Assembly: GCA_963826445.1 (NCBI GenBank)
Contig: CAWGXD010000041.1
Span: 320-64,319, forward strand
DNA from: an uncultured Actinomycetota bacterium
Lineage (GTDB): Bacteria > Actinomycetota > Actinomycetes > Actinomycetales > Dermatophilaceae
Direction: 5' to 3'
DNA: 64,000 nucleotides
The translations under genes were made by a program, and so were the position numbers. Below are positions 53,275-64,000 of this stretch, piece after piece. Within the stretch, counting starts at the first letter, position 1, and the number at the start of each line of letters is the position of its first letter. The notes under the pieces are model-generated. The model searched no databases, was not told the origin of the DNA, and was given only the letters and a program-made list of their open reading frames with translations.

Positions 53275-56200
53275 GTGACAGCCACGGACGTGGTCACCAG
53301 GGAACAGGTCACCAGGGAACAGGTCACCATCGACGGGAACGAGGCCGCGGCCGACGTCGCCTTCCGGCTCAACGAGCTCTGCGCCATCTACCCGATCACC
53401 CCGTCCTCGACGATGGCCGAACTGGCCGACGAATGGGCCACGCACGGGCGGACGAACATCTGGGGGACGGTGCCCACGGTCGTCGAGATGCAGAGCGAGG
53501 GTGGGGCGGCGGGCGCGATGCACGGCGCGCTCCAGGGCGGTGCCCTGGGGACGACGTTCACCGCGTCGCAGGGCCTGCTCCTCATGATCCCCAACATGTA
53601 CAAGATCGCGGGGGAGCTGACCTCGACGGTCTTCCACGTTGCGGCGAGATCCATTGCAGCGCAAGCGCTCTCGATCTTCGGCGATCACTCCGACGTCATG
53701 GCCGTGCGGCAGACGGGCTTCGCGCTGCTGTCGTCGGGGTCGGTCCAGGAGGCCCACGACTTCGCCGTCATCGCGCAGGCGGCGACGCTCGAGAGCCGAG
53801 TGCCCTTCGTCCACTTCTTCGACGGCTTCCGCACGTCGCACGAGCTCAACACGACCGAGCGGCTCCCCGACGACGTCCTGCGCGACCTCGTCCCAGAGGA
53901 GCTGGTCCGCGCTCACCGCTCCCGGGCCCTCAGCCCGGAGCGTCCGTTCGTCCGCGGCACGGCCCAGAACCCGGACGTCTACTTCCAGGCGCGCGAGACG
54001 GTCAACCCGTTCTACGTGCGCGTCCCGGGCATCGTCCAGGACGCGATGGATCGGTTGGCCGGGCACACCGGTCGGCAGTACTCCATCGTCGAGTACGACG
54101 GCGACCCGACCGCCGAGCGGGTCATCGTCGTGATGGGCTCCGGCGGCCAGACCGTCGCCGAGACGGTCCGCCACCTCAACGAGCGTGGTGAGCGGGTCGG
54201 CGTCCTGCGCCTGCGGCTCTACCGGCCGTTCCCGGCGGCCGAGCTCGTCGCCGCGCTCCCGTCAACGGTCCGTCGCATTGCCGTGCTCGACCGGACCAAG
54301 GAGCCCGGATCATCCGGCGAGCCGCTCTTCCTCGACGTCGTCACCGCGCTGACCGAGGCCCACCAGGATGGCCGTGTCTCGCGCCTGCCGCAGGTCATCG
54401 GCGGCCGGTACGGCTTGTCGTCGAAGGAGTTCACCCCCGGCATGGTCGCGGGCATCTTCAGCGAGCTTGCCATGGGCATGCCGCAGCCCCGCTTCACGAT
54501 CGGCATCAACGACGACGTGACCGGGATGAGCCTGCCCTACGACCAGGACCTCGACATCGAGGACGACGAGACGCTGCGCGCCGTGTTCTACGGCATCGGC
54601 TCGGACGGCACCGTCGGGGCGAACAAGAACACCATCAAGATCCTCGGCGCAGACCCGGACCTGCATGCGCAGGCCTACTTCGTCTACGACTCGAAGAAGT
54701 CGGGCGGCCAGACGGTCTCGCACCTGCGGTTCGGACCGCACCCGATCAGGGCCCCCTACCTCATCCACCAGGCCGGATTCGTCGGCGTGCATCAGCTCGG
54801 TCTGCTCGACAAGGTCGACGTCCTCGGCGTCGCCCGGCCCGGGGCGCGGGTCCTGCTCAACGCGGCGGGCTCCCCGGCCGACGTGTGGGCCGGCCTCTCC
54901 CGCCCGGTGCAGGAGGTGGTCATCAAGAAGGACCTCAAGCTGTGGGCGATCGACGCCGACGCCGTCGCCGAGGCCGCAGGCCTGAGGGGCCGGACCAACA
55001 CCGTCCTGCAGACCTGCTTCTTCGCCATCTCGGGAGTCATGCCTCGCGACGAGGCGATCGCGGCGGTCAAGTCCGCGATCCGCACGACCTACGGGAGGCG
55101 CGGCAGCGAGGTGGTGCGCCGCAACGAGGCCGCCGTCGACAGCGCCGTGGCCGCCCTGCACGAGGTGCCGGTCCCCGAGTCGCCGGACGCCGCCGGCCGC
55201 GCCATGCCGCCGGTGGTCCCCGAGGACGCGCCGGAGTTCGTCCGGACGGTCACCGCGGCGATGATGGCAGGCCGTGGCGACGACCTGCCCGTGAGCGCGC
55301 TGCCGCTCGACGGCACCTACCCCAGCGGCACGACCGCCTACGAGAAGCGCCAGATCTCCGACCTCGTCGCGCAATGGGATCCGGAGAGCTGCATCCAGTG
55401 CGGCAACTGCGCGTTCGTCTGCCCGCACAGCGTCATCCGGTCGAAGTACTACGACCCCGATGAGGCCACAGGAGCACCCGAGGGCTTCCCCTCCGCCCCG
55501 CTCAACGCCGTCGGCCTGCCGGGCTCGCGCTACACCCTGCAGGTCTACGTCGAGGACTGCACCGGCTGCGCCCTCTGCGTCGAGGCGTGCCCGGTCACGA
55601 ACCCACTCGACAACGCCCGCAAGGCGATCAACCTCGGCGACCTCGAGCCGGTCCTCGAGCAGGAGCGAGACAACATCGGCTTCTTCGAGACGCTGTCCCA
55701 GAACGACCGGGCGCGCGTGGACTTCGGGACGGTGCGCGGCACGCAGTTCCTCGAGCCCCTTTTCGAGTTCTCCGGCGCGTGCGCCGGCTGTGGCGAGACG
55801 CCCTACCTCAAGCTGCTCTCCCAGCTCTTCGGCGAGCGTGCGACGGTCGCCAACGCGACCGGTTGCTCCTCGATCTACGGCGGCAACCTCCCGACGACCC
55901 CGTGGACCAAGAACGCCGCCGGCCGCGGCCCGGCCTGGTCCAACTCGCTCTTCGAGGACAACGCCGAGTTCGGCCTCGGCCTGCGCCTGGCGGCCGACCT
56001 GCACACCAAGCTGGCGCGCGAGCGCCTCGCCGAGCTCCGCGACCAGGTCGGTGAAGACCTCGCCGACGCGATCCTCCAGGCCCCCCAGACAAGGGAGTCG
56101 CAGCTCACCGCCCAGCGCGAAAGGGTCGCCGAGCTCGCCGGCGCCTCGCCGACGCTCGAGGGACCCGCGGTGGAGGACCTGCGCAGCGTCGTCGACCACC

Positions 56201-56891
56201 TCCTGCGCCGGAGCCTGTGGATCGTCGGCGGTGACGGCTGGGCCTACGACATCGGCTCGGGCGGCCTCGACCACGTCCTCGCCACCGGTCGTGACGTCAA
56301 CGTCCTCGTCCTCGACACCGAGGTGTACTCCAACACAGGCGGCCAGTCGTCGAAGGCGACGCCGCTGGCGGCGGTGGCCAAGTTCGCCGCAGGCGGCAAG
56401 GCGGTCGGCCAAGAAGGACCTTGCCCTGCAAGCGATCTCCTACGGCAACGTCTACGTCGCCAGAGTTGCGATGGGCGCGGACCCGCAGCAGACGCTACGG
56501 CCTTCCGCGAGGCGGAGGCCTACGACGGGCCGTCGCTCATCATCGCCTACAGCCACTGCATCGCCCATGGCATCGAGATGAGCGACGGGCTCGACCAGCA
56601 GTACCGGGCCGTCGCAGCGGGCACTGGCCGCTGCTCCGCTACGACCCGACGGTGCGGGCCAGGGCGGCAACCCGTTCCAGCTCGACTCGCCCCGGCCGCG
56701 GATCCCGCTCGGAGGACTACGTCTACAAGGAGCTGCGCTACCGGATGCTGCGCAGCTCGGACCCGGAGGAGGCCGACCGGCTGCTCCACCTGGCCCAGGA
56801 GGCCGTCGACCAGCGGTGGGCGACCTACGAGGAGATGGCGACGCGCGGCGCCGGCGCGCTTCGCGACCGACGCCGTCCGAGGAGGAACTGA
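53275..56891 (+). CDS. nifJ: Pyruvate:ferredoxin/flavodoxin oxidoreductase; frameshifts near the C-terminus
   Basis: DGNEA, YPITPS, MQSEGGA, GGRYGLSSKEF, GSDGTVGANKN, CIQCGNC, GACAGCGE, GGDGWAYDIG. Confidence 0.95.
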
Positions 56892-57926
56892 TGGACCTCA
56901 CCACCCACTACCTGGGCCTCGCGCTGCGTAACCCTCTCGTGGCCTAGCGCCTCGCCGCTGTCCGTGCTCGCTCGACCGGGTCGTCGCGCTGGCCAACGCG
57001 GGGGTGGGCGCGATCGTCCTCTACTCCCTGTTCGAAGAGGAGGTCCACCGGGAGGAGCTGCGGGACGCGGCGATCGTCGAGGCGCCACGAGGATGCCTTC
57101 GGCGAGGCGATGACCTACTTCCCGACGACCGCCGACCCGGCAGCCTGAGGCGAGCGCCGTCTCGCGCTACCTCAAGCTCATCGAGCGCGCCTCGGCCACC
57201 GTCAGCGTGCCGGTCATCGCGCAGCCTCAACGGCAGCACCGCGGGCGGGTGGACGAGGCTCGCGCGCTCCATGCAGGACGCCGGCGCCGCCGCGATCGAG
57301 CTCAACATCTACTTCGTCCCCGGTGACCCGCACACGCCGGGTCGGGTCGTCGAGGACCGGCACGTCGAGATCCTCCGGGAGGTCAAGGAGCACGTCACCA
57401 TCCCGGTCGCGGTCAAGCTGAGCCCGCACTTCAGCTCGCTCGGCGAGATGGCGCTGCGCCTCGACCAGGCCGGTGCTGACGGCCTCGTGCTGTTCAACCG
57501 CTTCCTCCATCCTGACGTGGACCCCGAGACGGCTGTCGGTCGAGCCGGGGGTCGTGCTGTCGCGCCCCGAGGATGCGCGGCTCCCGAGGTCGTGGATCGC
57601 GCATCCTGCACGGCCACGTGACGGGTTCGCTCGCCGCGACGACCGGGGTGGAGCGCGGCAGAGGACGTCGCGGCTTACCTGCTCGCCGGCGCCGACGTCG
57701 TCATGACGGCGTCGGCGTTGCTGCGGCACGGGGTCGAGCATGCCGGCGGATCCTCGTCGCGGTCTCGAGGCGTGGATGTCGGCGCAAGGGCTTCGCGTCG
57801 GTCGAGGACGTGCGCGGACGGCTCGCCGTGCCCCGCGACGCCGACGCCACCGCCTACGAGCGCGCCGGCTACGTCGCCGCTCTCGAGCGCGGCCGGGAGA
57901 CGTACTCCTCCCTCGGCATCCGCTGA
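56891..57926 (+). CDS. Dihydroorotate dehydrogenase-like flavoprotein, multiply frameshifted
   Basis: MDLTT.YLGL.L.NP, SLFEE, AIELNIY, PVAVKLSP, VLFNRF, YERA.Y. Confidence 0.85.
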
Positions 57927-58039
57927 TGCGCGAGCTGATGGGCAAACTCTGACGGTCCTTCCCCTGCAACACCTTCCCCGCTACGGTGGCGGCACCTCGG
58001 GGCCGGCGTCGTGCCGGCCCCCGTAGTGAAGGGCAGGAC

Positions 58040-58840
58040 ATGCGCAGACTCATCACCGTGCTCATCGCGAGCCTGGCGCTCGTGGCGGGCGTCTCACTGC
58101 CGGCGACCGCGGTCACGGACGGCAGGCTCGACGGCAACGGCCACCCGTACGTCGGCCTCATGATCGCCCAGACGGCTGATGGTGAGGTGCTGTGGAGGTG
58201 CTCCGGCACCCTGATCTCCCCGACCGTCTACCTCACGGCCGGCCACTGCGCCGAGAGCCCGGCCGAGCACGTCGAGATCTGGTTCGACGCCGACGTCGAG
58301 TCCGGCCGGCCCGCCAACGGCTACCCGAACGCGGGCGACGTGGGCGGCACGCCGTACACGCACCCCGACTACGACCCGGCCGCCTTCTACGTCCGCGACG
58401 TGGGCGTCGTCGTCCTCGACGAGCCGGTGCAGATGGACACCTACGGCCAGCTCCCGACACAGGACCAGCTCGACTCGCTCAAGCCGCGGCGCAGCACGAC
58501 GTTCACGTCGGTCGGCTACGGCCTGCAGAAGTCCTTCCCGGACGCCGCGTCCTGGAAGAACGTCGCCGAGCGAGTCCGCATGGTCGCCAACCCACAACTG
58601 CTCCAGATCAACACCGGCTTCACCGGTGACCAGTCGCTCCTGCTCTCCAACAACACCAACACCGGCGGCACGTGCTTCGGCGACTCCGGCGGGCCGAACT
58701 TCCTCGGCAACACCAACGTCGTCGCCGGCGTCACGTCGTTCGGCATGAACTCCACGTGCGCCGGCACGGGCGGGGTCATGCGCGTCGACCGCGGCTACGT
58801 GCTGGACTGGATCTACGACACCTTCGGCGACCACCTCTGA
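58040..58840 (+). CDS. Secreted trypsin-like (S1) serine protease
   Basis: Signal peptide; CSGTLI, TAGHC, DVGV, GDSGG. Confidence 0.92.
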   Translation: MRRLITVLIASLALVAGVSLPATAVTDGRLDGNGHPYVGLMIAQTADGEVLWRCSGTLISPTVYLTAGHCAESPAEHVEIWFDADVESGRPANGYPNAGDVGGTPYTHPDYDPAAFYVRDVGVVVLDEPVQMDTYGQLPTQDQLDSLKPRRSTTFTSVGYGLQKSFPDAASWKNVAERVRMVANPQLLQINTGFTGDQSLLLSNNTNTGGTCFGDSGGPNFLGNTNVVAGVTSFGMNSTCAGTGGVMRVDRGYVLDWIYDTFGDHL

Positions 58841-58857
58841 GAGGTCAGCCGACCGAC

Positions 58858-58909
58858 TGAGCGAGCTCAGCGGCATACGACATATTCCGTATGCCGCTGA
58901 GCTCGGTCA
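58858..58909. repeat. Family A hairpin
   Basis: GAGCTCAGCGGCATACG ... CGTATGCCGCTGAGCTC between convergent genes. Confidence 0.88.
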
Positions 58910-58920
58910 CGCACGCACGC

Positions 58921-59628
58921 TCAGTGGCGCTTGCGGCCGACTTCCACGATGCGCCAGCCACGCTCGACGGCGAGCTCGCGCAGCTCACGATCCGGGTTGA
59001 CGGCGATCGCCGTGCCGACCCGCTCCATCATGGGAAGGTCGCTGATCGAGTCGCTGTAGGCGGCGCTCCAGGCGAGGTCGTAGCCGCGCTCCGCCGCGAG
59101 CTTCTCGATCTCGATGACCTTGCCATGGCCGTAGCAGAACTCGCCCATGAGCCGGCCCGTGTAGCGGCCCTGTTCGTCGAGCTCACTCCGCGTCGCTACC
59201 GCACCCTCGAGCCCGAGGGCACGCGCGATGCGCCCGACCAGCTCGATCGGCGAGGCGGACACGACGATGCGGTCCATCGCGACTGCCTTGGCATCGGCGA
59301 GCAGGGCCGCGGACTGGGGGATGAGGCGACGGACGATGTCGGGGACGATCTCGTCGGCGAGGTGGATGATCTCGGACTGCTTCGTCCCGGCCACGGCTCC
59401 GAGGATGCGCTCGCGCAGCGCGTGCGAACTCGCGTCGGTGGAACCCTTGCGGTGGAAGGCAACCGCGTTGAGGGTGTCCTTGAGCAGGTCCCGCCAGGGC
59501 ACGTGGCCGCCGCGGAAGGCCGCGACGGCGAGCGGGTAGTTGGCCGAGCCGCGGATGAGCGTCCGGTCGAGGTCGAAGAAGGCGGCGGCGCGGAGGCCGG
59601 GCCGGATCGCCGACGCCTCAGAGGCCAT
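58921..59628 (-). CDS. HAD-IB family hydrolase (SerB-like)
   Basis: FFDLDRTL, VSAS, K, YSDSISD. Confidence 0.9.
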   Translation of the reverse strand: MASEASAIRPGLRAAAFFDLDRTLIRGSANYPLAVAAFRGGHVPWRDLLKDTLNAVAFHRKGSTDASSHALRERILGAVAGTKQSEIIHLADEIVPDIVRRLIPQSAALLADAKAVAMDRIVVSASPIELVGRIARALGLEGAVATRSELDEQGRYTGRLMGEFCYGHGKVIEIEKLAAERGYDLAWSAAYSDSISDLPMMERVGTAIAVNPDRELRELAVERGWRIVEVGRKRH

Positions 59629-60933
59629 GCGCCACCATCGGGAGGGGGGAGGGCCGCCGGGCCGAGGGCGGCGCCCCGTTGACGGCCTGCTTGGGGAGGC
59701 GCCTCGGCCGCGGCGGAAGGGCCAGGCGGCAGACCTTGGCCCACGCCTGGTACGACCTGCCGCGGAAGGGGGCCGGTCGTGTAGGGCAGGCCGTAGCGCT
59801 TGCAGATCTCGCGGACCTCCACGGCGACCTCGGCATAGCGGTTGCTCGGCAGGTCGGGGAAGAGGTGGTGCTCGATCTGGTGGCTGAGGTTGCCGGTCAT
59901 GAGGTGCATGAGCTTGCTGCCGGAGATGTTGGCCGAGCCGAGCATCTGGCGGATGTACCAGTCACCCCGGGTCTCGCCGTCGATCATCTCTTCGGTGAAG
60001 GTGTCGACGCCGTCGGGGAAGTGGCCGCAGAAGATGACCGAGTGCGCCCAGACGTTGCGGATCGCGTTGGCGGTGAAGGTGCCCCAGAAGGCCTGCTTGC
60101 CGGAGCCGAAAACTGCGGCGGCCCCCGGAGTCGCGACGTAGTCCTTGGCAAACTGCTTGAGCGCCTTGCCCCGGTCGCCTTGAGGTCCCGCTTCAGGTCC
60201 TCGGTCGACTTCTCGCCCGCGCTGCCACGCGGGCAGCTCGATGTCGTAGAGGGCGATGCCCCACTCGAAGAACGGTGCGAGGAGGAGGTTGTAGAGCGGG
60301 TTGCCGAGAGCCATGGGCGTCCACGGCTGGTCCTCGGCCATCCGGAGCAGGTCGATAGCCCACGTCCTTGTCCTTGCCCAGGACGTTGGTCCACGTGTGG
60401 TGCAGGTCGTTGTGCGTGTGCTTCCACGTGCGGGCGGGGGAGACGAAGTCCCACTCCCAGGTCGTCGAGTGGATGTCGGGGTCGCGCATCCAGTCCCACT
60501 GGCCGTGCAGGACGTTGTGGCCGATCTCCATGTTCTCGAGGATCTTGGCGATCGACAGCATGGCCGTGCCGGCGACGAAAGCGGTCCGCTTGCGCGGAGA
60601 GCAGGAGCGTGGCCCGGCCGGCGAGCTCGAGGGTGCGCTGGACCCGGATGACCCGGCGGATGTAGGCGGCGTCCTTGGCGCCACGCGATGCGATGATCCG
60701 GTCGCGGAGGGCGTCGAGCTCCCTTGCCGAGCTGCTCGACATCGGCGTCACTGAGGTGGGCGGCGGCCGACGGGCGGACACGCGGCCCGCCCCGGATCGC
60801 GACGATCGGCATCCGCGGCCGGGGCCTGGGGGCGGGGCTCGGGCTGACGGTGGCAGTGTCCGGCTTGCCGGATTCGCTGGTCTCGGTCGTGGGGTCTGGC
60901 CTGGTGTCGGTACGTGTGTTCCGTGGTGGTCAT
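59618..60933 (-). CDS. Acyl-CoA desaturase (DesA3-like), frameshifted
   Basis: ENMEIGHNVLHGQWDW, HN..HH, QIEHHLFP. Confidence 0.88.
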
Positions 60934-60950
60934 GTGGGATGTTTCCCTTC

Positions 60951-62018
60951 TCAGATGTCCAGGTGGACGGGTCCGGCAGCAGCGTTGATGCACGTCTGGA
61001 TGAGTTCGCCTTCGTCGCCGTGCACCTCGCCGGTGCGCAGGTCCCTTACCCGGCCCGCGACGAGAGGTGTCAGGCAGCTGCGGCAGATGCCCATGCGGCA
61101 CCCGCTCGGCATGACGACGCCGCACTCCTCGCCGGCCTCGAGGAGTGGCACGTCGCCATCGACCTCGATCTCCTTGTCCGACTTCTCGAAGGTGACCCGG
61201 CCGCCCTCGCCGCCGGCGCCGGGAAGCAGGACGGGGGCGAAGCGCTCGATCGTCAGGTTGGTCTCGCCGTCATCGGCGCTGCCCTCCCAGAGCGCGGTGG
61301 CGGCGTCGAGGAACTCGGCGGGGCCGCAGGCGTAGGCAGCTCGCGTGCGCCAGTCGGGACAGAGGGTCTTGAGGTCGGCGAAGTCGGTGAGGTCGAGCCG
61401 GCGGCCCTGCTCCTCGCGGGTGAACCAGTGCTTGACGGCCAGGCCCGGGAACTGGTCGGCGAGCTCGAGCAGCTCGTCGTGGAAGAGCGCGTCGGCCCGC
61501 GTGCGGGACGAGTGGATGAGCACCACGTCCGCGTCCGGGCGGCGGGGGACCAGCGTGCGGATCATCGACATGACGGGCGTGAGGCCGCTGCCTGCGGTCA
61601 GCATGAGGAGCGGGCGTGGATGCTGGGGGAGGACGAAGTCACCCTGCGGGACATCGAGGAAGAGCACGTCGCCCGGCTTCGTGTTGCGCACGAGTGCGGT
61701 GGAGACGTGGCCGATCGCGGTGACCGTGATGGCGGGGTCGGCACCTGCAGGTGCGGACAGCGAGTAGCTGCGCCACTGGCGGACCCCGTCGATCTCGACG
61801 CCGATGCGGGCCCACTGACCCGCCTGGTGGGCGTTCCAGCCCTTGCCCGGGTGGAAGTGGATCGTTGCCGAGTCGGCCGTCTCTGGGACGACCCTGGTCA
61901 CGATGCCGCGGAGCTGGCGCGTTGACGCCAGCGGGTTGACCAAGCTGATGAAGTCCTCGGGCGCGAGCGGCGTCGTCAAGACTGACGCGACGCGGCGAAG
62001 AGCTCGGAACTGGGCCAT
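60951..62018 (-). CDS. Ferredoxin reductase partner of the desaturase (FAD/NAD-binding + 2Fe-2S)
   Basis: RSYS, AGSG.TP, CGP, GCRMGIC..C ... TC; alternative start at 62078. Confidence 0.9.
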   Translation of the reverse strand: MAQFRALRRVASVLTTPLAPEDFISLVNPLASTRQLRGIVTRVVPETADSATIHFHPGKGWNAHQAGQWARIGVEIDGVRQWRSYSLSAPAGADPAITVTAIGHVSTALVRNTKPGDVLFLDVPQGDFVLPQHPRPLLMLTAGSGLTPVMSMIRTLVPRRPDADVVLIHSSRTRADALFHDELLELADQFPGLAVKHWFTREEQGRRLDLTDFADLKTLCPDWRTRAAYACGPAEFLDAATALWEGSADDGETNLTIERFAPVLLPGAGGEGGRVTFEKSDKEIEVDGDVPLLEAGEECGVVMPSGCRMGICRSCLTPLVAGRVRDLRTGEVHGDEGELIQTCINAAAGPVHLDI

Positions 62019-62104
62019 ACCTCGAATATCCTCCGCAGAGGGGTCTCGCGTCTTGGGGCGAGGGGTACTCTTTGCCACAGGAAACTATCTTCTCGGGATA
62101 GATT

Positions 62105-63296
62105 GTGGGGAATCCGAGCGTGCCCCAAGCCGCTTCTGATCCGCCGTGGTTGTCTCTACCCACCGAAATCAGTGATGTGCTGCGGCCCGTCGTCGGTGAG
62201 ATCGTCGAGGCGATCATCGAGGGCATTCGCGACGTCCCGGTCTATGCGATGCCGATGGAGGGGCGTTTCGGCCAGGGCGTCCGGCAGGGGGTCACCGTGG
62301 CGCTGCACCGGTTCCTCGACCTGCCGGGGACGCCGGCTGCCTGCGCTGTCCGAGGATGGCAAGTGGGTCTACGAGAATCTCGGCCGTGGCGAGGTCCGCA
62401 GCGGTCGCAGCCTCGAGTCGCTCCTGTCGGCCTATCGGTACGGCGCCCGTGTGACGCTCCGGGCCATCTCCCGCACCGTCGATGTGTCGCGGCTCGCCCC
62501 GGACGTCATCCTTGCGCTGGGGGAGTCGCTCTTCGCCTACATCGACGAGCTGTCTGCGGCCAGCGCCCAGGGTTACGCGCTCGAGCAGTCGGATCGGGCC
62601 GGAGAGCACCAGCGCCGACGAGGCGAGGTGCTCGAGATGATCCTCCGCGGCGAGACGGAGACCGGCGTGCAGCGGGCCGCAACCGCCCTCGGGTGGCACC
62701 TTCCCGACGTCGTCGTCGTTGCGACGTTGCCCTCGAGCCGGCTCGAGGGGGTGCGGGCTGCTCTGGGGCCCGATGCCCTCGTCGCAGAGCGGGGGACCGA
62801 GGTGGCTGTCATCGTCCCGTTCGCCAGTCGCTCGGCCCGAACTCGGGAGCTCAACCGAGCGCTCCGCGGACGACACGCCGTCATCGGGCCGGCCCGCCCG
62901 TGGCAGCAGGCCGCCGAGTCGCTCCACCTGGCCGTCTCGGCCGGCGCGCACGGCTTGGGCGACCCGGTTGGTGAGGACGATCCGCCGGTCTGGGTGGAGG
63001 AGCACCTCGCCGAGCTCGTCGTCCACGCCGAGCCCCTGGCCACGGCGGACCTCGCCCGGCGCCGGCTCGCCCCGCTCGACGCACTCCGGCCGGCGGTCAG
63101 GGCACGGCTCGCCGAGACGCTCCTGTCCTGGTTGCGGCATCAGGGGCAGCGAGCGCCGATCGCGGCCGAGCTGTTCGTCCACCAGCAGACCGTTGGCTAT
63201 CGGGTCGGGCAGCTCAAGGAGCTCTTCGGGGACGCTCTGGACGACCCGGAGGCCCGGTTCGAGCTCGAGCTCGTCCTCCGCGCCGGCCACCGCTGA
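62105..63296 (+). CDS. PucR/CdaR-family regulator, frameshifted
   Basis: LGRGE, AYR.GAR, L.ETL..WL, A.ELFVH.QTV.YR. Confidence 0.85.
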
Positions 63297-63345
63297 CCCG
63301 GCCAGCCGCTACTCCGCCAGGGCGAAGTTGTGGCGGCGGCGCGGA

Positions 63346-63416
63346 GTGCACACTCGACTGAGTGGATGGGGGCTGGGGGTGCGCCGGAGAGCGGGAGCGA
63401 GCTCAGCGGCATACGG
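63346..63416. repeat. Family B + family A copies
   Basis: GTGCACACTCGAC 63346-63358; GAGCGAGCTCAGCGGCATACGG ending at 63416. Confidence 0.8.
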
Positions 63417-63447
63417 CCAAAGGCGTTGCGTAACCCAGGCACAGCGA

Positions 63448-63477
63448 GAGGCGCCGCTCCATCTGGAACGGCGCCTC
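63448..63477 (-). terminator. Hairpin downstream of tRNA-Asp
   Basis: GAGGCGCCGCTCCA-TC-TGGAACGGCGCCTC. Confidence 0.5.
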
Positions 63478-63486
63478 ACAAGAAGG

Positions 63487-63560
63487 CGACCCCGACCGGG
63501 CTCGAACCGGCGACCTCCGCCGTGACAGGGCGGCGCGCTAACCAACTGCGCTACGGGGCC
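63487..63560 (-). tRNA. tRNA-Asp (GTC)
   Basis: GGCCCCGTAGCGCAGTTGGTTAGCGCGCCGCCCTGTCACGGCGGAGGTCGCCGGTTCGAGCCCGGTCGGGGTCG. Confidence 0.97.
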
Positions 63561-63597
63561 TTGCTATTCGGTTGTAGTGATACTGCAGTGTCGTGCG

Positions 63598-63670
63598 TAT
63601 CCCCAACGGGATTCGAACCCGTGCCGCCGCCGTGAAAGGGCGGAGTCCTAGGCCGCTAGACGATGGGGAC
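63598..63670 (-). tRNA. tRNA-Glu (TTC)
   Basis: GTCCCCATCGTCTAGCGGCCTAGGACTCCGCCCTTTCACGGCGGCGGCACGGGTTCGAATCCCGTTGGGGATA. Confidence 0.97.
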
Positions 63671-63764
63671 GGATCCCGACCTGTTCCGTTTGGGACGTCG
63701 AAACTATAAGGGAGTTTCCACGCGCGCACCAAATCGGCTCGGCCCATCTTCGACCCGGCCGGCT

Positions 63765-64000
63765 TCAGCCCTTCGCCCAGGACAGCACGTCCTCGACGGG
63801 CCAGGTCGTGACGATGCGCTCGGCGAGATGCGGAGCCGTTCGGCGCGCTCGCAACCGGCGAGCTCCATGTGGAGCTGACCGGGCGCGTGCGCGTCCGAGT
63901 CGATCGCGAAGAGGCAGCCGAGGTCGCGGGCCAGCTCGATCAGCTCGTCGGGCGGATCCTGCCACTCCCAGCAGGAGTTGATCTCGACGGCGACGTCGTT
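63765..64000 (-). CDS. PHP-domain protein, C-terminal part (runs off the window)
   Basis: VAVEINS..E..DPP, GCLFAIDSDAHAPGQL, ERIV.TW. Confidence 0.75.
   Translation of the reverse strand, partial: RRRRRDQLLLGVAGSARRADRAGPRPRLPLRDRLGRARARSAPHGARRLRARRTAPHLAERIVTTWPVEDVLSWAKG

Overview
High-GC actinobacterial chromosome segment; gene content and repeats look Micrococcales/Intrasporangiaceae-like, which is an inference. Many single-base frameshifts in otherwise conserved genes most likely reflect uncorrected read or assembly errors, so gene ends and fusions need confirmation. Left to right: (1) 0.1-13.4 kb, an aromatic meta-cleavage catabolic cluster with an unusual tail of three FAD oxidoreductases, a flavin reductase-IclR fusion, two TetRs and shared TGTAG-N6-CTACA operators. 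(2) 15.8-22.5 kb, a relic island between tRNA-Phe and a degenerate copy of its 3' half, carrying SWIM, SNF2 and Fic genes. (3) 23-31.5 kb, a stressosome-type operon in which an ECF-like sigma factor appears fused to a HxxxCxxC zinc motif and an RsbT kinase, followed by rsbR, rsbS and a stand-alone RsbU N-terminal domain. It lies next to an Egghead-like glycosyltransferase, a GH113 lipoprotein, a PMI-type cupin and a beta-helix protein; this is the best candidate for a novel system. (4) Accessory genes: astacin, ECF/YciI pair, Doc-type toxin-antitoxin, MMPL, M23, guaB1. (5) A salicylyl-/2-aminobenzoyl-CoA pathway split by a MerR-MFS cassette. (6) A GltD-like/PFOR/DHOD-like operon with a BlaI-type palindrome. 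(7) A desaturase module, tRNA-Asp and tRNA-Glu. Two families of REP-like repeats (GCTCAGCGGCATACG and GTCGAGTGTGCAG) occur in many intergenic regions. No CRISPR, rRNA or intact transposase/integrase was seen.
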